A stretch of DNA of 60,619 nucleotides, the filler included, from Sphacelaria rigidula (lineage: Eukaryota), in assembly GCA_964200075.2 (NCBI GenBank). It is 8 parts of 8 records of this genome, joined end to end, with 100 filler letters (N's around TTAATTAATTAA, not from the genome) between each part and the next. Parts side by side here need not be neighbours in the genome. Positions count along the whole stretch, not along the records: positions 1 to 7,491 come from CAXNAA020014687.1; positions 7,592 to 15,082 come from CAXNAA020014688.1; 6 more parts are not named here. The stretch is one strand, 5' to 3'. This document shows, piece after piece, positions 1 to 12,809 of the stretch. The first letter of the stretch is position 1; every line of letters begins with the position of its first letter. The notes under the pieces are model-generated. The model did not search any database and was not told where the DNA came from. It saw only the letters and a program-made list of their open reading frames with translations. The position numbers and the translations under genes are program-made.

Positions 1-152
1 GCCTCATATTGGCGACATGGGATAGAACGAATCCAAGCGTGGGAATTCCCAGCTTCTCGTTGTGCTCGGCGTTTCCCATTTCGATTTACGTGAACATTTC
101 GCCTCCCAAAACCATGCACATTTGGGGGGGGGGGCTATCGTAGAAAGTGCCG
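1..152 (-). mobile_element. MITE family A, left part (truncated by contig start)
   Basis: Reverse complement matches the core at 19530-19630, 27873-27970 and 45543-45630. It ends in G-run + CTATCGTAGAAAGTGCCGG, the family TIR. Confidence 0.8.
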
Positions 153-237
153 GATATCATCTCGACAGTGACGGGAAAGGGAGCATCGAATCAGAGTATT
201 CAGACAGCTAGCTACGTTCGAAGATTTTCTCGATTAA

Positions 238-1748
238 CTCTTTTGGAACCCTCCCCTCCTGTCCCCTGGCCAAACGCCTCATTATGAGAAGCCCTGACGA
301 AGAGGAAAGCATGGAAACAGAATAGGCCGACAGCAACCATTTTTATAATGGAAGCCTGAAGAAGAATGTCCTCCCTGGAGAATTTGGGTAAGGTTTATCA
401 AATCATACCACGCAACGGATGAAGTGTGTCCAATTATATCCATCGACAATAATTGGCAAAACCACTATGAAACATTCCATTCAAAAACTAGCTCCAGGGT
501 CCAACCTGGCACGTTTGTATATTAGCATTTGTACATAAGGGAAGCACCGGTTTGACGGGCTGCAGCATCGGGTGGCGAGTTTGCCAAGCCACACCGTACA
601 TACAGCATAGTATGGCTGAACCCAGCGAAATCCCTTCACCACATGTGGAAGGCACAGTGGGTTGTGCGGGCGGCACATGGCGGGCGTAATCGCAGGCGTC
701 CGAACAGGTGATGTACATGTATACGGGAGGGAGCCAACAGACACCGCCTACCGTAATCAGGCCAGATGAAAAACACTACAGTCAGTAAATACAGTAGGTT
801 ACAGTATTGACTTGCGGCTACAATCTGTGCAAGATAAATATGGGCATGTCGTGAAAAGTCGACAACGAGAGTAGACGGCACGAGACGATAGCGGTAGTCG
901 GCGTCATGAATCTCATGCAACATGGAGTATCTCTGTGCAACGGTCGGGAACGATCAACCCGCGGTAGAGATGTGGTGGGGCAACTGTGCCTTTCGCTACG
1001 CCGTTGTGTAATAGTCAGCCCGAAGTATGATGTTGTCGGCACGTACTGGGCAGAGCGCAGTTCTGTGCATGCCCCGCGTTTTACAGAGATGTTTTCAAAA
1101 TACAATACAGACATGACACTAAGCAGTAAGGTATCACCCCTGGGGCGACGGCACTTGGCAGACTCTACACCACAGTAACGGTGCATAACTGCAGGGCACA
1201 TGGCGTCTGCGTCGCCTTTACCTATTTTTCAAAGGGCGGGATGGTGCTGTCGGGACGTGCATGAGCGCGATGTTGTGCATGATGTGAGTCTGCAGTCGAG
1301 ATTACCCCATATTGCTGTAAACACACCCAGTACTGTACAGGGCAGTGTCGCAGCACCCCCGGCGGCACGGAAAGGTGACTGCGTGGGATTGTATACCACC
1401 AGTTCATACATTTAGCGAATGTGCCGTCGGCGTTGCCCTTGTTGCCATGACACTGCAAAGAGTATAAACTGCAGCGGGCAGGGCGTGCAGGTCAGGCGGG
1501 AAGCACGCTTCACAGAGGCCTGCCGCGCACTGTGGCCGGGGAAGGAGCTCATGCGTGTCGAAAAAAACGCCGACGGGTCGCAGCAAGAAAATGGGAAACC
1601 TTCTCTTGTTCCACTTGTCACTCGTACGGGTCTGAGAAATACGCGTTTGGCCAAAATTGTTGCGTCCAAGCTGTGAACCATCAACCATATCTTGCTCAAA
1701 AACCGTCAATTGCAAATGATCAATTTCCCTTTGTGAGTTCCAAAAGGG
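238..1748. mobile_element. Non-autonomous piggyBac-type DNA transposon (~1.5 kb)
   Basis: TTAA (234-237) + CTCTTTTGGAAC at the left end and GTTCCAAAAGGG + TTAA (1749-1752) at the right end. This gives 12-bp TIRs with one mismatch and a TTAA target duplication. No convincing internal ORF. Confidence 0.65.
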
Positions 1749-3566
1749 TTAACGGGTACGTAGCTGGCAAGCTGCATGTCGTGAACGTTTCAACGGTAGG
1801 TCGAGTAGGGTACACTTAATTGCGGAGTATATTGAAAGTCGTAATTGAAGTACCCAAATTCGGGTAGGGTATTAAGAGTCGTACTCAAAAAATGACTGGA
1901 AGGCGACCTCTAACACCCTACCCCGATTTGTATAATTTCAGTATGACCTTCAAAATACCCCGCAATCGGGTATACCCCAGCCGAATTGACCTTGGAGCAT
2001 TTGGTTCGGAAAAAGAAGGACAGGGTTTGGAACGTCTTAAATTTTTTCTTGTCTTCAAACTTTCAGCCTGTGACAGGACAAGAGGTGAGTACAGTACCAA
2101 AGTAGCCAAACAAACCAAGCGGGGTTCACATCGCGATCGATCCTGAGTCGTTTTATTTTCTGAATTTGGTCGTAGATGGTCGCCCCGACGGCTCGGTTGA
2201 TAACCTCGAACCTCCTTCTGATGGTTGGAACGTCGGCTTGAATCTGGGTGAGGTCACACGATCTTAGATTTTTTCTGGCACCATGCCCAACAGTGGAGAG
2301 CGACTGTGTCGTGGGTACACCAAATTTGACGTGACGGTCGACGAGGGAAAGAGACCGCAAAACTCTTTCCGCGAAAAAAAAAGGCAAGTACCGCGGAGGA
2401 AACGTCTAGTATAGAAAACAAAATTTAACAAACTCGTGTGTGGAACTTCCGCCTGGGTCACTTCAGCCGGTGTAGACACGCGGGGGAGAGATGGGTTGAT
2501 TTGATTCCTTGAGACATGAGAAATGAGACCACGGACTCATCCCGAAGAAGGAAAGGGGTCGCAATGAAAGGGTGACGGAAAAAAATAAAACAAAAAGTAT
2601 GGCTCGGGAGAATCACTGAACGTGAGTAATGTTCCAACTCAGTTCATACGAAGATGAAGAAAAAAGAGTCCACACCATTGTCAATTTCTGTGGATTCGAG
2701 AAAAGTAAAATATGCGGGTCAAAGACACAGCAGGAGCAGCTCATTGCCTTTGCGGCGGACTACCTGTTCAAGACAAAGAGCCGGTCGTGCTGCGCCCGTG
2801 CATCTGTGGCGTCCAGCGTTCGAAAACTTTGAAGCGAAATTCTGTAGGGTATCGTCTTCACGGGGTACGAAGCGCTCGCGGCAGAGATGTACGATGAGTC
2901 GATCTTTGCGTCTGAGGATGTTGTTCCTCATTTGTCGAGCGAAAAATTTGCTCCTTGTCGCTCGCCATTGTGAAGTCTACCAGTTCTACTTCTGGACACC
3001 TTCAGGTACTCTTGGAGTTACGGGTACAGTTGTGGCGGAAAGCAGACGAAGTCAGGTATATATGGCGAGTTTTCGGTCGAGTTCGGGAATTTTTCCTCCT
3101 CGGTCAATCACATGGCCGCATTTGGGAGCAGTCTATATTGTTACGGATATGTACCCGAAAATGTCCGAAAAGTGCTCATATGTGTACTCGAATCATTTTC
3201 TATGTTTTGACCGCCAGGTACTCCGACAACCGTCGGGCGGGGGTTGTTCTTAACCGGAAGGTGTTGGGGAAGAACGTTTTGAGGAAACGTTCTTCTCAAC
3301 TGTCACGTACCCTCACAGACGTTTGTAAAAGTCGTTCTACGACGCATAGTGTAATATAGTCCGTCTGGCAAACCTTTGGGGAAGTTGCTGCATGTGGAGT
3401 GGAAAACGCCCTGACAAGAGGCGAAAGCGCCTGGCCAGACTTTTTCTACGAACGCAGGCGTTCCACGTATGTTCGGCACATACAGTTTGTAGTGAGTAGT
3501 GAACAGATAGATACTCTACTCCACTTTCTCTTCTGTTGCACTGCCCCGCCCTTGTCAAAGTACGAT

Positions 3567-3625
3567 GAATCAACCAACCGAATCGGTCAATCAACCAACC
3601 GAATCGGTCAATCAACCAATCAACT
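3567..3625. repeat. Short 21-bp tandem repeat
   Basis: AATCAACCAACCGAATCGGTC repeated about 2.5 times, followed by AATA/AATC simple repeats. Confidence 0.8.
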
Positions 3626-5029
3626 TAGGAATCAATTCAAGAATCCAAATATCACTGAATCAATGAATCAACGATGAATAAATAACAAATAAACAAATAA
3701 ACAAATACATAGATAAATGAATGAATAAACGAACGCATCAATACATCAATCACCTCTGTCACAGTTTCGATCATAATCAGTTGCGCTAGCTTTTTCCCAT
3801 CTTCCTTGCTCCCTGCCGGTCCCGCTCCTCTTCGCCCCGCCCCCCTCCCCCCACCAAAACGCCGACTCGAGGCTCTAGAAAACTGCGCTCTCGCTCGAGA
3901 TGGAGACGACCGTCGCTGCGGCGAACCCCCAGCCTCCCGGCTGTTTTGGGGACCCTGCCCCGGAGAATTTTCCGGGGGAAAATATCGTTGGTTTTGATTT
4001 TTAGTGGCGTCGAGATTGGTCTCTCCGGAGTCGGTCGCCGTTAGCCACGTCTGTGTCATCGAGACGGGGGGTTAGGCAGACGAAACAAGCAGTGGAGGTG
4101 GTGGATTTAGGGTCGGTGTAGGGTGCATATGGTTCCAAAGTGGTCGAAATATTGCTTGCTTGATTATCGGAATATTAATTGATCCGCCACGAGTCATACT
4201 CCGACCGAGGGAGGTTTTAGAAAGATGTAATCGAGCAGGGTAAGGATGTGCATCAGCGGGACAAACTTCATGAAGGACACTCGAGCAACGCGAAAGCAGC
4301 CCAGGAGATAGATACGAACACGCAGAGGTGTTGACAGTAAACGGAGGGGAAAAGCAAAGCAAACGAGAGGGAAAAAAAAGCAGAAGAGACGAGCAAAAAC
4401 AAGCAAGGCGAGGTTGTCCCACTTATAACCCCTCCCCTGCATCTGGACGAATCCGTGGTCTTATGTCTCAAGAGATTAACTCCTCTCTCCCACAGCACAG
4501 TACACACCTTCTGATGTGTTATCGCAGATTAGGATCATAACCAAACACTACCGCACCGCGTCGACTCTCGTTGAATACCCTTTTTTCGCTTCGCACGTAC
4601 GCCCTTACGTACGCCCTCATTTTTTCAACGACCTCGCTCGAAAACTATCGGGAAAACAGTCAAACTGATCAGATACATGCGGCGGGGATCACACTCGCGT
4701 TGTTCCCGCCCTGATAGTGTCACTCGTACCTCTTTAGTTTCCACCACCGGGGCGCGATATTTTACAGCACAGGCATGTCTATCGAACGACCGCGTCTCGT
4801 TGGCTAAATTGGTAGGTCATCCTCTAGTGTGGGCGAAATAGCCATCGATTTGAACCCCGACAGCTGACCGTTTTGGGGCTCGCGAAAAACAGTACAAACT
4901 CCCATATGCGAGCTTTCGTCACTGGAAAAACGTCACTTGGAGTTCGGTGCACGAATGCGTCACATTAGTATACTTGAACTCATAGTGGTGCACCGTTTCG
5001 GTGGGCTGCATCATCAACACTTGCAGAAA

Positions 5030-5105
5030 AACAACCATATATAGCTTGCCCAAGAGAACGTCAATTGTAAATCGTCACTTTTCCATCAACGGTTCCGAAG
5101 GTTAA
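5030..5105. mobile_element. Second right end of the piggyBac-type family
   Basis: CAACCATAT...CTTGC.CAA...CGTCAATTG.AAAT...GTTCCGAAGGTTAA aligns with 1682-1752. Confidence 0.6.
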
Positions 5106-5183
5106 GGCCTTATTCCACTGGTATGCGTTGGTTAGAGCCTACGTCTGTGACCACGGGTTCGCGAGATCGGACTAATGTGCGAA

Positions 5184-5232
5184 AATAATAATAATGATGA
5201 TAATAATGATGATAATAATGATGATGATAATA

Positions 5233-5270
<38 letters not shown>

Positions 5271-5451
5271 AATGATAATGATAATGATAATGATAATGAT
5301 AATGATAATGATAATGATAATGATAATGATGATAATGATGATAATGATGATAATGATGATAATGATGATAATGATGATAATGATGATAATGATGATAATG
5401 ATAATGATAATGATAATGATAATGATAATGATAATGATAATGATAATGATA

Positions 5452-5506
<55 letters not shown>
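5184..5506. repeat. Compound (AAT/GAT) microsatellite
   Basis: Successive blocks of AATAATGATGAT, (GAT)n, (AATGAT)n, (AATGATGAT)n, (AATGAT)n and (AAT)n. Confidence 0.97.
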
Positions 5507-5507
<1 letters not shown>

Positions 5508-6180
5508 GCGCGAGGACGAGTATAGCAAAGAGCCTTGTATTTGACGAGAGTCGTAAACAACACCGCTGACACGATATCTCCGGTACCAAATATGACAGGC
5601 GCTCGCCAAGGGAGAAATGGGGTGATTCCCTGAGACCACGGACTCGTTTCGAGGAAGGGGGGTGGGGGGTTCAAAGTCTGAAAATACGGAAGAGGGCAAA
5701 AAGGAGGTTTGTACTGTACGGTGAACGATGGAGACTGTACTTCACCATACAGCTTGCTTTTGTCGGTTTGTGTTGAAAGTTAGACGACGCTACGAACGTT
5801 CACTTTTTTTTTTCCCGCCAAAAAACAAGAGTCTGGGCACATCACGTCAGTACAGAGAGAGAGAGAGAGGGAATTCCGAACTACAAGAAAAAAAAATGAA
5901 GACACCAACTACATAACCATGCTACTGGAACAGGACGCTGTGAATGTCGTGTGAACAAACATCAATCACACCGCTAATGCTTCACCTCCTCTCAACAACT
6001 GTGATGTAAGCAGCCATTTAACATACGTGAAACAGTGTGAACGCCCACGAGCGATTTTTTCAAGCCAAAAAAATGCCATGACACTTAAGATCATAGTGGT
6101 GTACACTAAACCTGATGCGGTGCTGTGGACGTAGTCCTGGAGTCAAAAGTAGTCGAAAACGCCATCACTCGGGATGGGGG

Positions 6181-6262
6181 GCAAGGGGGGTGTACTCATG
6201 ATCTTGCATGCCGTAGTCATGGGACAATTGACCTCGCATACCTACAAAGCCGGGACGGAGCA
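6181..6262 (+). mobile_element. Dispersed repeat family D, end type D1
   Basis: G-run + TACTCATGATC.TGCATGCC.TAGTCAT...A.TTGACCTCGCAT.CCTACAAAG. Copies at 19713-19770 (+), 25345-25402 (-) and 60551-60619 (+). Confidence 0.75.
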
Positions 6263-7393
6263 CGCCGGGTTTTCGCCGGACCAGGTTCGCAATCGATCAC
6301 CAAGTGCGAAGCGCCGTGATGTGTTCGACGAGTCGCATGAGGGGTAAGCTGCATTCTACGAAGCTTGTTGGGTCCGAAGCGTACTGATTATCTTGCGTGC
6401 TGACGACAGCCTCCAATGAGTTGCTGAATTTTGTGGTATTGCCACTTCCAGACACAGGCACGGGTTACACTGCCTCATAGGAACCTCACCATCTACACAC
6501 TGCGTAGGGGGTGGTATTTGGCGTACGTGTGTTGTGCTGTGTCGCATGCGGCACGGGATCCGTCGGTCTTTACGTCAATCTGATAATGAGTCTGACCCGC
6601 GGTCAAAAAGGGCGCATTTTCTTCATCATAGATACAGGTCACGCGAACGTCGCTTCTTCTGTCGCCCGCCGAAGGTGTCACAACGGTGCATCGATTCGAA
6701 AGGGGATACATTGGACTCGGATTGGAGAAGATATTCGCATACTATCGATAAAACAAGGTTCCTTTCCGTTTTAATTCATTTTCTTCACCCCCCCCCCCCC
6801 CCCCCCCGTCAACACGTCAGTCGCGGCACGCACACCCCGGAAAGGAAACACGCGCTCCAGAGAAAAATGATCCAGTCCACACACGTCTGGCCGGTATACA
6901 ATTTATGGATAGCGGTACAGTGGCAGAAGTGAAGACACATGTCTGATATGGTGGCACGATCAACACACCGGATTGGTACACGTTCAATGGATAATGACAC
7001 AATGACACAAATACATACACGTGGCCGGTACAGATCTAACGGATAGTGGAGGATTTGCACAAACGTATACTCTCCGTGATGTTGATAACATCGATCTCGC
7101 TATCCAAGATCCCGATCCACTACCGGAACTACGTAACGTCTCCCACAAACCAAATTCTGACTCCAAAAATCTGAAATCTAGCAGTGTACATGGAGGTCAG
7201 AGACAGATTGATTCGATTGTTGCACTTTCATTCATCCCCCAGGGATGCAGCCGTAGCCACATCATAAGTCACATGATAGATGTACCCGACATAAAAATAA
7301 AACCGAAACACTCGCTGAAGAAAACCGAAGAAACACAGAAAAAGTAGAACAGACAGGGTAAACTAAGAAAAAGAAGCAACACAACAGGGGCGT

Positions 7394-7470
7394 GGGGGGG
7401 GGCGTACTCATTTGTTGCTTGCCTGAGTCGTTCGACCATTGACCACGCACCCCTTTCGAGACGGAACACC
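7394..7470 (+). mobile_element. Dispersed repeat family D, end type D2
   Basis: G-run + CGTACTCATTTGTTGCTTGCCT...GACCATTGACCACGCA.CCCTTTCGAGACGGA. Reverse copies at 15195-15268 and 19428-19500. Confidence 0.75.
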
Positions 7471-7491
7471 GTTCCTACTCCTGATAGAGAC

Positions 7492-7591
7492 NNNNNNNNN
7501 NNNNNNNNNNNNNNNNNNNNNNNNNNNNNNNNNNNTTAATTAATTAANNNNNNNNNNNNNNNNNNNNNNNNNNNNNNNNNNNNNNNNNNNN
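7492..7591. other. Artificial contig spacer
   Basis: 44 N + TTAATTAATTAA (stops in all six frames) + 44 N. Confidence 0.99.
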
Positions 7592-9565
7592 TTATGAGCC
7601 TCTGTTTTCGTGCAACCAAATATCCCTCCCCCTATCGTAGGATGACTCTAAGGATGTGCTGCATCATGTTCAAAACGCTCTTCTTTATCATACAATTGGC
7701 CGTTGGGATTTGGCGTTTGGCAGTCCCGCATCAAGCGTGCCGCCGTATATAATTTACAACTCCTTTTTCTTTCTCACTTTTCCTCGTTTGGCGGGTCACC
7801 GGTCGACCTACACGCCAAGGCCGAAGAAACGAAAAACTGCAGAACCACGAGGTACCAACAAAGCAGGAGGTAAAAAAATAAGCAGAAAGCACCTGACGTA
7901 GTCAGCTGGTAACTGACCTAGGGCAAACCCGTTCTTCATGTGCTATGGTACTACCACAGAGCACCAAATCTATGTTGTACAAGTCGACCGAAACGCGAAA
8001 GACAAAGCATGATGCTGTGCACCGCTGCTTCACGCGTCATCGACGCAACCAATTTCCGCCGAAGTCTTCAAAGCGCCATCCGTCTCAACTGATACCTCAT
8101 ATTCCTCTGCCACTGTAAAGTGCAGGCCTGATTTGTACAGTGAAACTGTGTATCATGGTCTAACAAGCATTTTTGTCATAAACCATCACCATGACAATGA
8201 AATTGGTATAGAGTAGTCGGTAACGGCAAACTAATATAAACTGAATAAACAGGCGACGATGGCGCAAGTTCCAGTTTCATTCCAGTTCCAGTTCAATCGA
8301 CAGTATAAAACGCTCCAGTTTACAGCTTTGTTGATTTTAGTGTGATGAGCTCAGCTCGCAGTCAGTGAATCCGTTGAACTATATAATAGATATGGTTTCA
8401 GGCGGTGTCCTGAGTTTCTCATGGACACGAGAAACTCATTTCTCCAGTGTCATCGCCTTCCCGTATATAAATAACAAGGTTTTCGTGAGATTGAGCGTTG
8501 GGGGTATTTGGTCAACATCGCTCGGAATGAAACATATAGAATAGTATTCAGGGGTATCGTAGTACATCTTTCCCTGTTGAAAGTCGAAATTTCCTTGCTT
8601 GAACGCTTTATACCCTTTACAATGAACGACTGCTTTCCAAGAAAACCACCCGTTGTTTCCGGACTTCCCCTGGGGTCTGATCCTAACCCGGAGGTTATCA
8701 CAAATCCCATCTGAGAGGGAGGGTGCCAGCGCTTTTCGTCGCTGGATTAGATCCCATTTGGGACCGTCAGGGGGGATATTCAAACTACAGCTGCCGCGGA
8801 TTCCAAATTAAAAGAAACGGCTCGGGTTTTTCAAGCGCATTGCACTACAGCAGTATTGTTCAACAGCCTCGACGCGAAACCGGTTCTCAACACAGCCACG
8901 GCGGGGGTGGCCATACAAGGCGTGATAGCTGGTTCAGACTGGATGAAGCGCCTCGCATGGGCACTACTGGCGGAACAACCCCAGGCGTGGGACTAACCCT
9001 TACCCCCGTTGTGTGTGTCTGCAGCTTTATTGTGGGGCATCCATTTGATTCAACTGACCAGTGTACTGTAGTGATGCTGTACTCTGGTGATGGTATATCT
9101 CAGCAGACTGCTGAATGATGCTGCGTTTCAAAGATTGTTGGCGTCTGCCGCCGCATTGGATCGTTTCGCTGACGGCGGTCGTCGCCGGCGCAACAGTATG
9201 AAGTCTCTCTCAGGTACTCAACAACAGGCGCTCGAAGACTCGATGACTAGTCCAAATATGTATGTTTTCAGCATGCTTTGTTACGTGTTCCGTAGCGCTT
9301 AGACGCAGGGGTTGCTTCAAAGATGCCGCACAACAAATGACGGCGGTTTTTCTGTTGGACTGCTCATCATCATGCTTTCGCTGCCGTGCAGAACCTTCTG
9401 GATGAGGGGCACATGGTCGAAACCGGTTGTGAATCCCGAGCCTTTTGAACAAAATAAACGAAATTTCGATGGTCCGTTGAACCTCATCCCAATGTTGAAC
9501 CTCAAAAACGGATATAGGCTGTTTCGCACATAGTGTTTCGTGGCACTGTGGGTGCTTGGGTGAAA

Positions 9566-10001
9566 CAGCCGACAACCGAAATTGAGGATAGAGCTTTTCA
9601 TTCTGGATGACAGCCCGGAAACAAATCTTCGTATCCACACAAATTCTTCGATATATGGTTCAACTCTTTCATCTACCGGTAGCTATTGACAACTACTACA
9701 CGCCAAGTAAATTTTGATTGCAATGACAAACATTTACGGGTCCTAGGTGAAAAGAAAATGTTGAGAGTTCAAGTGATCCGGCCGGATCACCTCAGTTCCC
9801 AAGAACTGTTTTGTCACCTAGGACCCCCGAATTTTCGTCATCGGAATCAAATAATTCGCGACGTGTAGTAGTTGACAATAGCTACCAGTAGATGAAGGAG
9901 CTGATTTATATCTCGTAGAATTGGTGTGGATGCGAAGATTTGAATTATCCAGGTTATCCTTCTCAATGAAAAGCTCCATCCTCAATTTCGATTACCGGCT
10001 G
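9566..10001. mobile_element. Foldback/palindromic MITE family B (436 bp)
   Basis: The whole element is an imperfect inverted repeat, CAGCCG...CGGCTG, centred on GTGATCCGGCCGGATCAC (9773-9790). Arm pairs include TTGAGGATAGAGCTTTTCATT/AATGAAAAGCTCCATCCTCAA and GGGTCCTAGGTGA/TCACCTAGGACCC. Second copy at 45852-46288. Confidence 0.9.
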
Positions 10002-10341
10002 CTATGACCGGGAGCGGTGCCCCCCCACGAGATCCTTCACTTCTATTCGAATCCTCTCACCACGGGCACCAATACACCCTCGAGAGCAGCATCTAACTTT
10101 GGCTTGTTGGTGAGAACATGACAAACATGATGATACATTTCCCCTCAGAAATGATCATATTCATTCTGAATCATGAGAAAATAATAGTGTAAAAGGAATA
10201 TATTTTAAAACGTATACCCTGTGGTTCTTCGAACAAAACAGGGCAGTGCATTTTTTCGTTTGGAGCGCGGCTTTGCGCGCGCGTAGCGCATCGAAACTCG
10301 TTCCAGCGCTTCAGCCCCACGCCCAGGGTGCCTGGACACCA

Positions 10342-10604
10342 TGCCTGTGACGCCAGCAGGTTGCTAGTTCTGCAGCGTCTAATGCTGTTGAGGGACTCCC
10401 CAATTCCACTGGCCTCAGGTTTCAGTTGTCAGCCTTCACAACACCTTATATTATCCTGGAGTGCCACACAAGCACATGCTCCATACACCACATCAGGGTA
10501 TCACTCCTGTGTCCATGTCATCACCCATATCATCACTACAGATCCCAAGCCATCACCCAATCATCACTATATACTCAACGTGACGGCGTGATTTCGTCAC
10601 GGCA
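10342..10604 (-). mobile_element. Putative 3' LTR of the Gypsy element
   Basis: On the minus strand a G-run (PPT-like) about 70 bp after the pol stop is followed by TGCCGTGACG...CGTCACAGGCA, i.e. TG..CA ends with a short terminal inverted repeat. Confidence 0.6.
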
Positions 10605-10679
10605 CCCCCAAAGCGCGTTGGATGAGAATTGAGCAACAAGCTTGACACTCAGAAAAATAACGCCAAACAATTGAGCAAG

Positions 10680-12365
10680 TCACAACTGAATCTCGAACTC
10701 ACGCGTAACGCGAGCAGCAATAGAAAGAGTCACTCGCACCTTACGCAAGTCTTGTTTGAGAAATTCCGGAGCCGCCACGAAAATATGTTTAAAGGGCTCC
10801 CACGTACGCTCCTCGACTTCAAAACCAACCCAGCCGACCAATACGATCAACGATCCTCTGCCTCTGCCACGCGAACAATCCCAGCCATTTGAAATTGCCC
10901 CTGATTGAAGGCGTGCTGGAACACATCCTTTACTTCTGCCGTCACATTAAGCTGTGCGTCTGCATAAAAACTCAAACGAGCTACATCGGCGGTCTGAACA
11001 CGACCCGAAACAATGTTTTGGATCTCAAACATACGCGGGTGATGAGCACCAACCACTCCCCACGGAACAGTCCACGTTGCCATCGGTTTAGGCGCAACTC
11101 CCGGGCGACGCACGCGTGCATACAAAAAATAATCACCTACCTCGAAACTCAGCAATTCCAGCCCCGACGAAGACCCCTCACGTCTACGCGCACGTTTAGC
11201 GGCAACACGCTCCTGCACGTGAACGTGGAAACTTTCCTGCAACCCCAAAAATCCTCGCAACGCACGCTTAAGTTGCGCATCGTCTAAGACATCACAGTTC
11301 CACTCCCCCGCCGATGAGGACGCCAACACCGAAAGACGTCCGAGGTGCACGACCAAACATCACGTGATACGGTGTACCATCGTACCGACGGCGATATGCT
11401 GTATTTAGCGCCCTTTGCACCGCGGGCAGCACGTCCACCCACTCGGTCACCTCTCGACGCTGCTCGAGAAGAATCGATCGAAGAGCACGAACTACTTCCT
11501 TGACCATGCGTTCGCACGTACCATTAGACCACGGAGAATACGCTACCGCAAACTGGTCATCAACGCGCAAAGCCTCTCACAATCGGGCTAATACCGCATT
11601 CTTGAAATGCGTAGCGGTATCACTCACCCACACACGCGGCACCCCCAAAGGATTGCACCAATTCAGCAAAGACGCAGCAGTCGATTAGCAGTACACACTG
11701 CTACTGGTTCCAGAGCCACAAAGTTGCTCAAATCATCCATGATTACCAAAATGTATCAGAACCCAGCATCCTCCGGCAAACCCTGGGAGGCTAGCGGGCC
11801 ACTCTCGCCCACGTACAATAGGTCAGAATGAACGACTTCATTCGGCGTGTTACCGTGGACCGTTTCGCCGAGCGGGCGGGGAACAACATCACCCGCCCTC
11901 AAGTCAACACAGTGAAGACACTGGCGGACAAACTCGCGCACATGACTTTCTATCCCCTGCCAGACACAAAACTCTTGCGAGCGCACGAGTGTCGCGGCCA
12001 CACCACGATGCCCGGCGTCGCGCATGTGCGCGCAATTCATCAGACGTACCTGCGACTGCTTGTCAGACCTCGGAACCCACAAAACGTTTCGGCCACGCAC
12101 ATGCACACGAAACAGACCTTCATTGTCCAAAACAGCAGTAGCAACGTCCGACTCGAAAGATCGCACATCCGCATCTTCGGCCCCAAGGTCTTTTCGTTGC
12201 GCTTGGCGGACGGCATCGAGTGATCAGGTTCACATGGACCATGCACAGCCACAGCGCGCGCAGGCAAAGTGGGAATATTTACCCAGCGCGACAGCAAGTC
12301 ACCCCATGCGTTACGATCACCTGAAATATGACAAATCGTGTACCGATACTGGCCTAATACACCTA
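10680..12365 (-). pseudogene. Ty3/Gypsy pol remnant: RNase H C-terminus, integrase and chromodomain (frameshifted)
   Basis: RNase H end LGQYRYTICHISGDRNAWGDLLSRW; HHCC finger HMRDAGHRG...CLHC; core AYSPWSNGTCERMVKEV. After a frameshift near 10850 it reads LIVLVGWVGFEVEERTWEPFKHIF (chromodomain), ending in TGA at 10682-10680. Confidence 0.92.
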
Positions 12366-12398
12366 AAGGCTGACTTACCTGCTCGGCGTAATGGTCCA

Positions 12399-12795
12399 TG
12401 TTTGAAAGGGGTCGTGGGACCTCCGTTGATGTATTAATTCCCCAGTAGAAAAGTGAATCTTATACCCTCCATGTAAAATGTAGAAACCCCATGTGTGCAC
12501 TCACACACACCGCAAAACACACTCACAGAACGCACACTGAACGCACACCGAACGAGGTGGGTCGGGAAATCGCTCATACAAAATCACACGTCATAATCCC
12601 ATCTTTTCGCCACGCGAGAAGGCGTGTGCCCCCGGTAGATATGTACTGCAAGCACTACATCGGGTATACCTCAAATAACAGAACTAATCTCTTATTCGTA
12701 CTTCTCCTGTATGCCATGATCCAATCTTGATATCCATTTCCCTTGTATCCAGGCAGACGTACAGTTACAACCCTGGAGCGTAAGTATAATCGATA
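12399..12795 (-). mobile_element. Putative Copia LTR (5' boundary uncertain: 12680 or ~12795)
   Basis: Ends ...CCCCTTTCAAACA on the minus strand. It is preceded by purine-rich AGTAGGGAGG (~12797-12806) and followed by TGGACCATTACGCCGAG (PBS-like). Unrelated to the LTR at 10342-10604. Confidence 0.5.
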
Positions 12796-12809
12796 AGCCT
12801 CCCTACTTA

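Noticed and set aside
2629-3359. Overlapping 60-199 aa ORFs; minus-strand RRYPTEFRFKVFE resembling a pogo-type HTH
   Set aside because: Interrupted by stops with no further motif support; at most an unrecognisable transposon relic.
5110-5699. Poly-I, poly-H/Y, poly-S/L, poly-M and D/N ORFs
   Set aside because: They are translations of the AAT/GAT microsatellite, with no splice signals or non-repeat coding context.
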